Notes: a model not told the origin generated them from the letters alone. A DNA stretch of 64,000 bases from Nemertoderma westbladi (GCA_032718475.1 JAUCBJ010000938.1:44368-108367); one strand, 5' to 3'; shown: positions 51,160 to 61,733, counted from the stretch's first letter. Program-made: numbers and translations.

Positions 51160-51490
51160 TAAATCTGTTAAACCCTTTGACCATCTGCAATTCTAGTCGA
51201 TTAAGATATCGCGGCACCCACCGATATACTTGAAAGACAAAATTCTAGAATTAGTGGTTAACGTCCCCAGACAAGTTCTGGAATAAACTGGTGCCCATCC
51301 TAAATATTAATTATTAATATTTACAAAATCTGTCAAATTTTAGATCCTTTAACATTCTAGTCGATTAAGATATCGTAGCACTTACCGATACTCTTAAAAA
51401 GACAAAATTCCTAGAATCAAGGATCCCAGTCCCCAGACACGTTCTGGAATAAAATTACGTCTATTTAACATTAAATAATAAAATTTACGG
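51160..51490. other. Tandem ~164-bp duplication with conserved nested stem-loops in the element's 3' non-coding region
   Basis: Both copies contain ATTCTAG/CTAGAAT, TTAAG/CTT(G/A)A, TATCG/CGATA and a CCAGA-loop-TCTGG hairpin. The outer stems differ but both pair. Confidence 0.75.
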
Positions 51491-52097
51491 GAATAAATTT
51501 AAATTCATATATTTCAATGAATTTAATAAATTGTCATTTTGTACAATTTATAACATTCCCAAAATTCCATTAATTAATAGATCATGGGAGCGGAGATTTA
51601 CTCTATTAAGTGTATTTGTGTGCGAGAATCTCCAATATATAGTCAATAGCCGATAAAATTCATAAAATCATATATAGAGAGGATATTGACAATTAAAGAA
51701 TTACTATTAAATAGCATCCCAGATCTGTATGCATGGGAATTACCCTAATTCTACCGCTAGCTTTCCATAATGTCACCATAGCAACAACCACGCTAGAATT
51801 AGAAGCGAGTTAACAGAACAATAAAAAGCTTGCTCATTGAATAGCATACGGAATAAATAGCACACCGCTAGTATCCAAGGATACATAATAACAACGTGAC
51901 ATTCTGGAAGGCACTTGACTAACGGACAAATGACCCGAATGTGTGATAGAATGTGTACCATTTGTGACAGTTACGTGGAATTTGTGCGTTTGTAGGTGAA
52001 TGTTACTACTAAGGTGTGTTTACAGTAGCGAGTCGCAATTGTGAAAGTAACCCTAACTCTCCAGTAAGAACCTGAAGTATATCTAAGCCTTTGGGAC

Positions 52098-52243
52098 GGA
52101 CGGTGGAGTGGCTCGTGCTGGTTGTTGTAGTCGTTGTGCAGCTACGACGTTGGCGATAGGCACATCGGCGAAAGTACACCAGCGCTGAGGATCTCGCACT
52201 GTCCGGGGGCAGAGAGGGGTAGGCAGCGACGCCCGCTCGCCTA
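52098..52243 (+). promoter_or_regulatory. GC-rich multibranch RNA structure candidate (IRES-like leader) before ORF3
   Basis: GGACGGTG/CACTGTCC, GTGCTGGT/ACCAGCGC, GTTGTAGT/GCTACGAC, CGAT/ATCG, then TAGGC-AGCG/CGCT-GCCTA. The function is inferred. Confidence 0.5.
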
Positions 52244-52285
52244 AATATAAACTCATTATAATATGGATAAACTTATATAGCAGAT

Positions 52286-53856
52286 ATGATTGAGTTGATA
52301 GATGATGATCTTGGTATCAGGGAGCAATATACTCTACCTTTACAAGCGTTTGTTGATAGCTTGATACGCGGCGACGCTGGTCCAACTACTACGGAGGACG
52401 ATGGTCGTTATATCTAACCGCCAATCTCCCGGGAGCAACTTGCGCGTGGGTTGGACTGTAGAAAATTTACCGCTCGCTATACGCATCGTAATGGTATGTA
52501 TATGGACTTCTTAACTACTGGTCATCCTATCGACCTACACGATACGAACGATATAGACACCAAAAGGGAAATGGTTTTATTTAAATATCATACCCAGCGG
52601 AAGCGGAACGATAAAATGAGACTCGAACACGAAAATTCTATTCGAAACCGACTCGAAAGTGAAGATGTTGAAGAGCCGGATAAACGCAGCGACTTCACCA
52701 AAATATCTGGAATTCTTGAGAGAAGCCTATCTTGATATTACCAGTCAACAGAACCTAGAGACTCGATATCCTCAAGGTATACATCATGACCGCATGGTAG
52801 AACTCAAACAGCTCTATTCCACTATGATGTATCTTACCGTCGATCGACCGCTACCTGTTGTACCGGATAGCTTCGAATGGATGGAGGAATATTGTAAGCT
52901 GGAGAAAGATCACTCGCGTTTCCCCTATAAGACGTGCGTCTTTGGTATTATTGAGATGAATGCCCTAGACCCAACCAACAAACGGAAAGATATAAACATC
53001 CGCGGAGACGTTGCGCTAAACACGGTTTTACTCGCTATACTTACGGGAGTTTCGAGCGAAACTTGTTCGATGTATCACCTACGCTCGCTCGGCTCAAACG
53101 ATCCTTAAATAAACCTATGATCAGAGTTCCGGAATACTCGATCAGACCTCCTCATTCCCTAGTGAGACCTCAAGCTCTTGATCTTAATAGTATGACGGAT
53201 CCTCCTGAACTGTATTCATTGTTTAAAGATCTAGTGTTACCCGAGCAATTAGTCGGTGGCACTCCGGTTTTGGGCTCCCTAAATATCCGCCCATCTTACC
53301 TGGCCGGATTGGGGCACGGACACCTGATATCGCCATTCAACCGTATAATCGTAATCGTCCCCGTTTAACACGATACAACCGTCATCAAGGTGGAGGAGAG
53401 CGTTGTACGAAACGAGTTAAACGCTATTCTACAAAGATCAGAAAAGAAACCTACGTTTGTTCAGATAAACTTAAATTATAACGGCAAGTCCAAGCGGTAA
53501 ACGGATTGGCTTTATCCCAGTTCGATTGGGAAATCCCGAATCTCTAAGACGATATTGAGCTTGGATGACCCTATTCTCGGCGAGAGTTTGGACGAACGTA
53601 TCCAACGATGAGCGGAGGAAAATCAGCTCGAGGAGAAGCATATCGAAACGGCGGATACCCCGACCATAATCCTACACCTTATGATGCAATCACATTGCAC
53701 CCAGGAGTTATGGCCCTCCTAGTAAAGTGGCTCCCCCCAAAGAGAAAAGGACTCTTGCTAGCTTTAAAAAACTGCGTAAACGCCGTCCACGCAAGACAGA
53801 CTAACTGTTTAGAGTATTTTTATATTTTAGAAACTGTGATTTTTTATATTTTATAG
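52286..53856 (+). pseudogene. Decayed extra ORF (ORF3) of unknown origin in the env position of the element
   Basis: ATG 52286 is in frame with track ORF 52451 across one TAA (52415). Overlapping ORFs 52659-53108 and 53063-53368 chain on by frameshifts, and coding-like sequence continues past stops to ~53720-53856. The end coordinate is uncertain. Confidence 0.6.
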
Positions 53857-53873
53857 AATTAAATCCCATTTTC

Positions 53874-53882
53874 TGGGAGCGG
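53874..53882 (+). promoter_or_regulatory. Polypurine tract candidate TGGGAGCGG
   Basis: Abuts the TGT of the 3' LTR. Confidence 0.65.
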
Positions 53883-55082
53883 TGTAAAAGCTTTTGCGGG
53901 ATATAACTGGCCCTTTTGCTTCGCAATCCAGTTTCCCTTAATGCGCTCAAATACTCTAAAGAAAAACTCCCTAACTCAAAGGATGAAAGCTACCGGCTGA
54001 TTGGCTGATTTGCCTAGCGACGGCCTCTTTGTTGGGTTCGATCAACCAACCAGAGCAAGGTCAACCAAGCAGAGCGATTCAGCCTTATGTTGGCTAAATC
54101 AATGTAATTGGCTGCAAAGGCTAGGGTGGTTTGGCATTTTAGACGATTTGGAACCTGTGGAATATGGAACTCTGCCAATGAGAGCTTTTCCTTTCTGTGT
54201 TGAAATCTACCTGCAGCAGCTCACAGGGTTCAGTGTGTTGGTTTTCCTGATGCCATGAACATCGGCCATGGAATTATTCTGAATTATTCCAACATTAGAA
54301 CGTCTTTAATTATAAGATCACATAACTGTTACCGGTACATGACCAGCACTGGACAGCGTGAGGACCGGTACGGTACCTGCTGCTGTATTGCACATTATTT
54401 ACTGCTATTTGCTGTTTGTTATTAAATGTATCATTCGTTTGCATATTGTTATTTGGAGAATAACTATAAACGATCAGAAACCCCGATCTTCTTGATACAC
54501 TAAGGTTAGAGAGACCGGCTACATATAGCAATTGCGGCTTATATTATCGTGGTTTGTAGTGTGTAGTGAATTGAATGCTATTTTATAGGCCCTACAAATG
54601 CCGGTTGCTATTCTCTTTATATATGATTAAAATCAGTGACTATCGGCAATTCAGTGTGCAGCGGTGTGCAATAGTCTGTATGTGCTTGTCCGCGTAACAA
54701 AGCATCTCCTAAAGAATGCGCCTTATGTGTAACTTATAATCCATTCGTTGTGTTTAGTGTAAGCCATAGCTCTGTTTATATAGATAGAGCGCCACGTCCT
54801 AAAGGAACTGCTAATATTTCCCGAAAGTGAATAATATTTGTCAGAGATTATATATTAACGATCAATCGAATAGTACGGTAGGCCTGCACCGCAATCAAAT
54901 TAAAGCATCCGAATCCAGTCTCCCGGGTATATCCAGCGGGTGAATGGTCGCGCATAGACTGGCTTCGGCTAATGTTGGATTTATTTGTGTCAAATACTTG
55001 TCATAGGCTAAAGTCGATTTATAACCTAGAAGACATATAGATTTGGCGGGTTAAACTGCCAAAGGTCTTAAAAGCGCGAACA
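53883..55082 (+). repeat. 3' LTR (1200 bp)
   Basis: Copy of 43440-44639, followed by the TSD AACAA. Confidence 0.96.
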
Positions 55083-55219
55083 AACAAATAACCGACAAAT
55101 CTACTGTACGATCGAGTATCATAGTAATCAAGCGTAAGAGATCATTTACAGTATTGCAGTATTGATTGCTGCATGCCTGACTTCCGAACTGAGTCACACT
55201 CAGCTCAGCTCACTTTAGT

Positions 55220-56743
55220 ATGCCTCACATGCGTAATTGGAATTTTTTACCCCACAGTTTACTATTGAAAATATTCTCATATCTACCGCCCCTGGAAGTT
55301 GCACGGATTCGCAGAGTTAGTATAACATGGGACGAGGTAAGTCGCGATAACTTACTTTGGAGGTTTCTTTTCAAAGGATTCTGGAAGGCGAATATTAACG
55401 TCCCGCCACACAGACACACCTACCAAACCAACTGGGAGGAAGAGTTCAAAACTCTATACTTAGATTCACCAACACAATTGAGCGAGACTCTAACCTCACA
55501 CACCGACGAAGTTTTACACGTTAGTTTTTCTAACAACGGTTTGTATTTCGCGACGTGTTCGAAAGATGCGACAGTCCGTTTATGGGACTCAACAAACTGC
55601 GAACAACGGCATTGCGCTAATCTAAACTCCCTTTTCTATTGGCAGTACACACAGTTTTCCCAGTTCAACACATCGGACTCATTGCTTCTTGTCTCCGGGG
55701 CTCATTTTGGGCCACACAGCATTTCGGGCGAGATAGCCGTGTTCGATGTTGAGGCTTTCGTTCTCCAGTCTCGAGTATTAAATAAACCCTACGACGTTTT
55801 CGGCTGTTGGCTATACGATGACACCGTACTCTCGGGGATTCTGTATCCCCGTTCGGGACTTACAAGTTGCTCAGGTCTGTGGCTCAACAAAGCCTATCAA
55901 TACACTGATAATGAAAGTCAACCAGTAGTTAAGTTATTGTATCGCTTCCTTAACTATGGCGCATCTACTGTTAGAATGATTAAAATTTGCGATTTACCTT
56001 CGAGAAATGAGTCGGAGAGAGAAATTCAAACTAACGATAATATTGAAAATATTGCAAAACGTACGAAACTTGATGGATCTACACAATCTAATGATAACAA
56101 CCCCAACCGGACTAAACTTTTAATATTTACCGCGGGTAATCGAACTTATATCCCTCATTTAATCGCGTTTAAACGCGTCGACGAGTCGCGGACAGCGATC
56201 GATCCGATTACCGACACGGCGGTCGAACCTTCCGACGACGACAGCGTGCCGCCCGAGTTCGACGAGGCGGATCGATTGATAGACCTGGAGGGCCACATCC
56301 TGGGGTTGGCCGTGAGTCCGGACTGTCGGTTCCTCTACTGCAACGTGCGGTCGTGGCCGCGCGGCACGCAGATATCCGACCCGCTGGTCCCGCCCCCCAT
56401 CGCCCGGGAGATCGAACTCCGATGCTTCGATCTCCTCGACTTCTCGCAACTCGACTCCGAGCTCCCGATCCACGGACACGTCGGGCACCGCGCCAACGAC
56501 GAGTGTTTCTTCATTCATCCGGACGTGTCGCACGATCTGGTTGCCAGCGGTTCCGAGGACCGGGTTGGCTACGTCTGGCACCGTCGGTATAAATGCGTCG
56601 TCTCTCAGTTGTCGCACCGCAGTGTGGTTAACTGCGTGGCTTTTAATCCCCGCGAACCAGGTATGTTGGTCTCTGTGAGCGACGATAACACCATAAAGGT
56701 TTGGCGATCCAGATCAAGTTTAGAAACTTGCGCGTCAAACTAA
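55220..56743 (+). CDS. FBXW5: F-box/WD repeat-containing protein 5, single exon, 507 aa
   Basis: F-box LPHSLLLKIFSYL..VSRDNLLW; HTDEVLHVSFS..FATCSKD; YTQFSQFN.SDSLLLVSG; NKPYDVFGCWL; LYCNVRSWP; ECFFI..VASGSED; VVNCVAFNP..SDDNTIKVWRS. These match FBXW5 as I recall it. Confidence 0.95.
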   Translation: MPHMRNWNFLPHSLLLKIFSYLPPLEVARIRRVSITWDEVSRDNLLWRFLFKGFWKANINVPPHRHTYQTNWEEEFKTLYLDSPTQLSETLTSHTDEVLHVSFSNNGLYFATCSKDATVRLWDSTNCEQRHCANLNSLFYWQYTQFSQFNTSDSLLLVSGAHFGPHSISGEIAVFDVEAFVLQSRVLNKPYDVFGCWLYDDTVLSGILYPRSGLTSCSGLWLNKAYQYTDNESQPVVKLLYRFLNYGASTVRMIKICDLPSRNESEREIQTNDNIENIAKRTKLDGSTQSNDNNPNRTKLLIFTAGNRTYIPHLIAFKRVDESRTAIDPITDTAVEPSDDDSVPPEFDEADRLIDLEGHILGLAVSPDCRFLYCNVRSWPRGTQISDPLVPPPIAREIELRCFDLLDFSQLDSELPIHGHVGHRANDECFFIHPDVSHDLVASGSEDRVGYVWHRRYKCVVSQLSHRSVVNCVAFNPREPGMLVSVSDDNTIKVWRSRSSLETCASN

Positions 56744-57271
56744 CTCTGTATCTTATATCTAACTCTTCTACTCTAACTCTTTATTTGTCTAACTAACAGT
56801 GATCTCGTGTTTGTATGATCAATTATTTGGTGCATTTTTGATATTTTGGGAAATTAAAAATTTGGCCATATTTAATGTTCGGACAGTTTTCTCACCACAT
56901 TCGCACACCACCAGTTTACTGTTCATGGATTTCGGTACAGCCTTGTCTCGGGAGAAAGGCGAGTCAATCTAGCATAAAATCGTAATTCGCAATCAATCCG
57001 AACCACATATTTGGGTTTCTATTACCTTGTTACGTTACGGTACCTTGTTAATGACCGTAAAAGAATCTCAAAAAAGAAAATCTCAGCGGTTCAAATTGGA
57101 CGCAAATATCAGCTGATTATTCTCAAAAATATAATTGTAACCTGTTCTATTGTGTTTACTTTGTTGTTTTGGTTAAAATAACGTGCCACTGTAGCCTGGT
57201 CCTTTCCCTAAATTGAAAATTTAACATTGAAGCGGGATATTAATTCGCCAAGATGGGATTTGCATCCAGTT

Positions 57272-57290
57272 CCCCCCCCCCCCCCCCCCC
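57272..57290. repeat. C19 homopolymer
   Basis: Direct reading. Confidence 0.9.
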
Positions 57291-57626
57291 TGTCTCACTT
57301 TGTTAGTAATCGAAAAAGTCTATAAAAATTTGTTTTGCGGAATATATTTATTCAATGAAATTCTACATAAATTTGCATAAACAAGTCAAACAAAAGGAAC
57401 AGTAGGGAAGAGTAAGTAGCAAATTGGTGATGTTCCAGAATAATTTAATTAATTTCATAATAAGCTGCAATTCAATAGAGAATGAATAACGGTTGGCCTG
57501 TAACACGTAAATTATTATATCTCGGTAACTAGAAGTCGCATCCTATTTTTAGATATATCAAAAATTTCAGGATATTTTAAGTAACTGATGTAAAATTAAG
57601 GTAACTGATGTAATAACTATAATATA

Positions 57627-57754
57627 CGTCATTGTTCATAAAATAGCACTTTATAGCGTTACGGCACGAGTGATTCTGTTTCCCGAGCGACGGCGAGGGG
57701 AATAATAGAACGGGGGCCGTAAAAGCTTTAAAGTGCTAATTATGAACAATGGCG
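57627..57754. mobile_element. Short palindromic element (MITE or Crypton-like non-autonomous)
   Basis: CGTCATTGTTCATAAAATAGCACTTTA..TTACGGC pairs with GCCGTAA..TAAAGTGCTAATTATGAACAATGGCG around a CCCGAGCGACGGCGAGGG centre. The family call is tentative. Confidence 0.6.
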
Positions 57755-58084
57755 AATCTAATGTTATTTATTTGTGGGAATTATTTGTAGTTATGCACTT
57801 AAACTTTCTAGAACAACCTAATAATGACGCGGTGACATACTGGATTTACTGGAGATACATAGTAAAATTTATGGCGTAGGGACATACTGAAAAATAATGT
57901 CAATATCAGGCCAATAGCACAATCTTATGGAGATTATATCTTTAATAATCTGCGTGTCGCATTAAAAAATCCTTACGATTGTAGTTTCCATTGCAAGCTG
58001 CACTCAGAGGCCAGTGAGGCGTGCCTCAGGGACACGAGATGCGGGAGGCACTAATGTTAGCCTGTAGGCGCATTTGTAATATGT

Positions 58085-58440
58085 TCTTTATCGCTTCAAT
58101 CAGTGCTACTACTTCCAGACTTCCCGATTCTCCATAGTTGTCGTAATTTCTATCCCTTTCAAGCTGGTCTATCTATATTTTATAGCTGGTCGTCCACGGC
58201 TACGCTTTCCATGAGTTGGTTGCCAGAAAATGCTGGTATGACCTCGTCTTTACTTCGCCATCAGTGCCCACTGAATCTCAATCTGCGTTCACGGAGGGTG
58301 GTTGATACAGGTGGTATTGTACCATAAAGCTCGGCGTTTGTCATGTGTTGTCTCCAGCTGATGTTTAGGGCTGCCCTTAGTAGTCTTGTGTATCAACCAT
58401 CAATTCGTTGTTCAAGTGATTTAGTCAGTGTCCAGGTTGT
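58085..58440 (-). mobile_element. RTE-clade LINE 3' ORF2 fragment
   Basis: Minus-strand translation WTLTKSLEQRIDG*YTRLLRAALNISWRQHMTNAELYGTIPPVSTTLRERRLRFSGH*..WQPTHGKRSRGRP. Confidence 0.85.
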
Positions 58441-58634
58441 TACCGCAGGCGTACTTGTTAGCTATAGATTTAATTATTATATATATAAATAGTAAACATT
58501 TTTCCTTCCTGTTGAAATTATGAAGACGAGCTAAGACGAGCACCCTCAAGTGATTCGTTTATTCAAATTGGCCAATTAGTGGCAACTTCGTTATTTCAGT
58601 GTATATACGTGGTCAACTGTCAGATGACCAATAG

Positions 58635-59098
58635 GAACACGTCCCTAATGAGACTTTTGCCCAATAATTGTCACTTTTCCAATATCTAGATCTGGCATGG
58701 TCATTTCCCCAATAGGCCAGTTTTCGAAAAGGACACTTTTCCAATGTTTTGAGTTTTAGCTTTATTTAATTAAGAACATTAATGGAAAGGAGCAGGTTAC
58801 ACTGGCGGTGTTTTCTAACCAAAACAATAAACTATTTCACTTGCGGTAAATTTGCGCTGAGGATCACTATTTTCATTTGCGCTCAATATGCGCCACTATC
58901 TGATTTTATGATGTAGTAGGCCTGTAACAGGCAGAATACATAGTGAATGGAAATTTTGGTGTCAAAAAAACGTATTGGGCAAGAGACTTATTCTGTAAGT
59001 CGAGTATTGGGCAAGTGACCTACTTTCGGCTAAATATGAAATATATAGTGACCTAAAATTTTTTTTTAATGGGCAAGTGACCTATTAGGGAAGTGTCT
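58635..59098. mobile_element. Non-autonomous DNA transposon relic with inverted ends and subterminal GTCACTTGCCCAAT-type repeats
   Basis: ACACGTCCCTAAT..TTGCCCAATA on the left versus TATTGGGCAAG(T/A)GAC repeats and ATTAGGGAAGTGT on the right. Confidence 0.6.
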
Positions 59099-59532
59099 GC
59101 ATTACATAGACGTATCATTAAAACTTCGTTGTCTGAAGAATCAGTCTTAATTTTTAATACATTTACATTTTGGGCTAATTTAAATTTATACTGATCCGTA
59201 AGGTTCGTAAGATTATATGGTTTCGATAAATTATGGTAGTTTACCTGGAACGCAGGTTGCATCATATTTGTACAGTAATTAACTGCAAGGCGGCTTACAG
59301 CATTAATCATATTTAATCGCATTGTATTATATCATTTATTTACTTATCTTGTGTTGTTGTGTTTATTGTTATGAATAATTGTTAGGTTATCCAAGTGTAA
59401 ATAACGAATGTCCTCACGAAAATCAAGTTTGATTCCTAATTCAAAAACTAAATAAGTTTTAGTCTTTGGTTTTGTCAAAGGTTTAGCCTTTGTTATAATC
59501 TCCCAGGCCCTATGCAACATTCATTTTCATTT

Positions 59533-59987
59533 TCTATAAATATTTTGTAGTAGCTAGTTCTTATTACTATTTGTATAGAAAATGTTCCAGAAGATGCTAG
59601 CTATTCATTTTTAAAAAAAAAATATGTTCTAGAACAAATATTTTTTGTTCTAGAACATTTTTTATAAAAAATCTGGATTCTATTTAAAACGTATGGAATT
59701 GTTCTAAAACGTGTTTAAAATCAATAAAAAAAATTGTGAAAAAAAAATATTGTGAAAAAAATTTTCTGAAATAAAAAAATGTTGAATTTTTTTTATTGAT
59801 TTTAAACACGTTTTAGAACAATTCCATTCGTTTTAAATACAATCCAGATTTGTTTCTAAAAAATGTTCTTGAACAAAAAATATTTGTTCTAGAACATAAT
59901 TTATTTAAAAAATGAATAGCTAACATCTTATGGTACATTTTCTATACAAAAAGTAACAAGAACTAGCTACTATAAAATATTTATAGA
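59533..59987. mobile_element. ~455-bp AT-rich palindrome (fold-back/MITE), ~200-bp arms
   Basis: 59533-~59736 is the near-exact reverse complement of ~59785-59987 (e.g. GGAATTGTTCTAAAACGTGTTTAAAATCAATAAAAAAAATT and its complement). Confidence 0.85.
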
Positions 59988-60234
59988 GGGAAGTAGGATG
60001 TCGGAACCAGTGTCGAAATTACTAGCTAAACCTACCTAAAACACTAGCTAACATAAAATTTTGTATCTTACTTAACGAGGATGCTTCAATTACGTCCATT
60101 GACCAAATTACAGCAAATGACAATTTATAGAACTCTCCCCATATCAAAATATCAAACTGTTGGAACAAAAATCTTGCCCCCAGTCACCGCCCCCCAGTTA
60201 ACTCGATGGCATGGCCTTGTATATAGTACGCATT

Positions 60235-61412
60235 GCTTGCAGTACGCCAGCCAGGATTGAGAAGAACTCAGTATCACCATCTGGGAGAGTACCTGAGCTT
60301 TTGTGTCACAATATAACAATCCAATGCCAGCGACAATTACTTATGTTATTCCATAAGCTCGTAGGATTTCCAGGATTTTACCTCTATGGATGGAGTCAAA
60401 TGCTTTCTCGAAGTCCAGAAATGTCAAGTCAGGACTGCGGGGAGAATGAATCTTTGACTTAATTCTCTCAACCAGTCTCCACAGCGCAAGTATCTGAGCT
60501 ATTGTTGATCTATTTAGTCGAAATCCGTTTCGGCTCTTACTTACGTAGCAGTTTCTCTATGTGAGGCCAATATCTATATAGAATCATTTTGTTGTATATT
60601 TTGGCAGCTACCACAAGCAGACTGTTCCCATGATAGTTTGCACGATAGTATGATACCGAGGTCTCCTTTCTTAGGGAGTGGGTTTAGTTGAACCTTTAGT
60701 CTAAATTGGTGGTGGCTTTTTCCATTTCAGCATCCAGTTGCAAACATCCAATAATGGTCTGTTTAGCACTCCTGCTTCCCATACCTCCGCTGGGATTTCA
60801 TCTAATCAATTCGCTTTATTATTCGACATGCTTTTAATGCTTTTTGGGAGTTCGGCAGGTGTGAAGTCCCCTGTTTCTATAGGTAGTGTCTTGTCATATA
60901 TTTTCCTTGTAGGCTGACCTCAATGGTTGGTGGCTGCCCAAGCAAGTTGCTGAAGTGATTTTTCCATTTCCCAACACGTTCTTCAGGACTATCAGCTTTG
61001 AGGCTCCTTAGAACAACTTTTCCGACCAGATACCTCATTTACAGTTTGCCAGGTAAGTCTTGATTGTGCTGTATGTGAGCAGTTGTAATTTCTTCAATTG
61101 TGTCCTCAATGTACTTATCTTGCTGATGTTGTATGCCAGTTTAAGATCTTCCTTAGTTTTCGCAACCTTGTTGATGTTTTCGGTTGTTGGTTGTTCAATT
61201 TTTACTTTGTAGGCTATCTTGAGATCTTCTCTTTTACAAGTAACGTCAGTGTATTGCCATGGCACATAATGTTTTCGTTTGGGTTTCTGGGGAATATGCC
61301 TCTTGGCTGATTCCTTGTGGGTTTTTATTATATTCTGGTGTATTGAATTGGTAGACTTGTCTTCATCCATTGACTGAAGTACTTCAAAGCGGTTTTGAAC
61401 TTCTATTGTATA
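60235..61412 (-). mobile_element. Degenerate RTE-clade LINE ORF2 fragment (linker plus N-terminal RT)
   Basis: Minus-strand pieces IEVQNRFEVL, PLPKKGDLG, AAKIYNKMIL, NGFRLNRSTIAQILAL, FLDFEKAFDSIHRGKILEILRAYGI and VLSPDGDTEFFSILAGVLQ, with multiple frameshifts. Confidence 0.88.
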
Positions 61413-61733
61413 AGCTAAAACTACTACTGAAGAGTTATTGTAATTAAAATCTAATCACATCTGGACAAACATCGCCCAGTCTCTCAACCCTCACATAGAT
61501 ACTTACTGTAGACTACCCCTTGCATAATCCCTGACATTGTAAGAGTTTTCAATAACCAGTCTAACATATCATAATATACCAGTTATACTATATATACAGA
61601 ATACGTTATGGAATAAAAGGTCGGTTCATCAATTGGGCCACTTTTTATATTAATTTACAATTGTTATAGCCAATTTCCAATAGTTTAAATTAATTTAGAC
61701 CTACTGTAGTTATAAATCACAACAAGCCGACAG

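Larger units (their letters stand above)
43440..55082 (+). mobile_element. Young non-autonomous BEL/Pao LTR retrotransposon, 11,643 bp, with 5-bp TSD AACAA
   Basis: Direct repeats 43440-44639 and 53883-55082 both run TGT...ACA. AACAA at 43435-43439 and 55083-55087. Purine-rich TGGGAGCGG before the 3' LTR. Internal Pao-type Gag-protease. Confidence 0.95.

Noticed and set aside
52286-53856. env gene
   Set aside because: No signal peptide, fusion-protein cysteine pattern or clear C-terminal TM anchor; kept as an unknown pseudogene.
56159-56617. 152-aa antisense ORF in FBXW5
   Set aside because: Explained by the high GC3 of the sense gene.
61035-61370. Independent 111-aa gene
   Set aside because: Part of the decayed RTE LINE ORF2.
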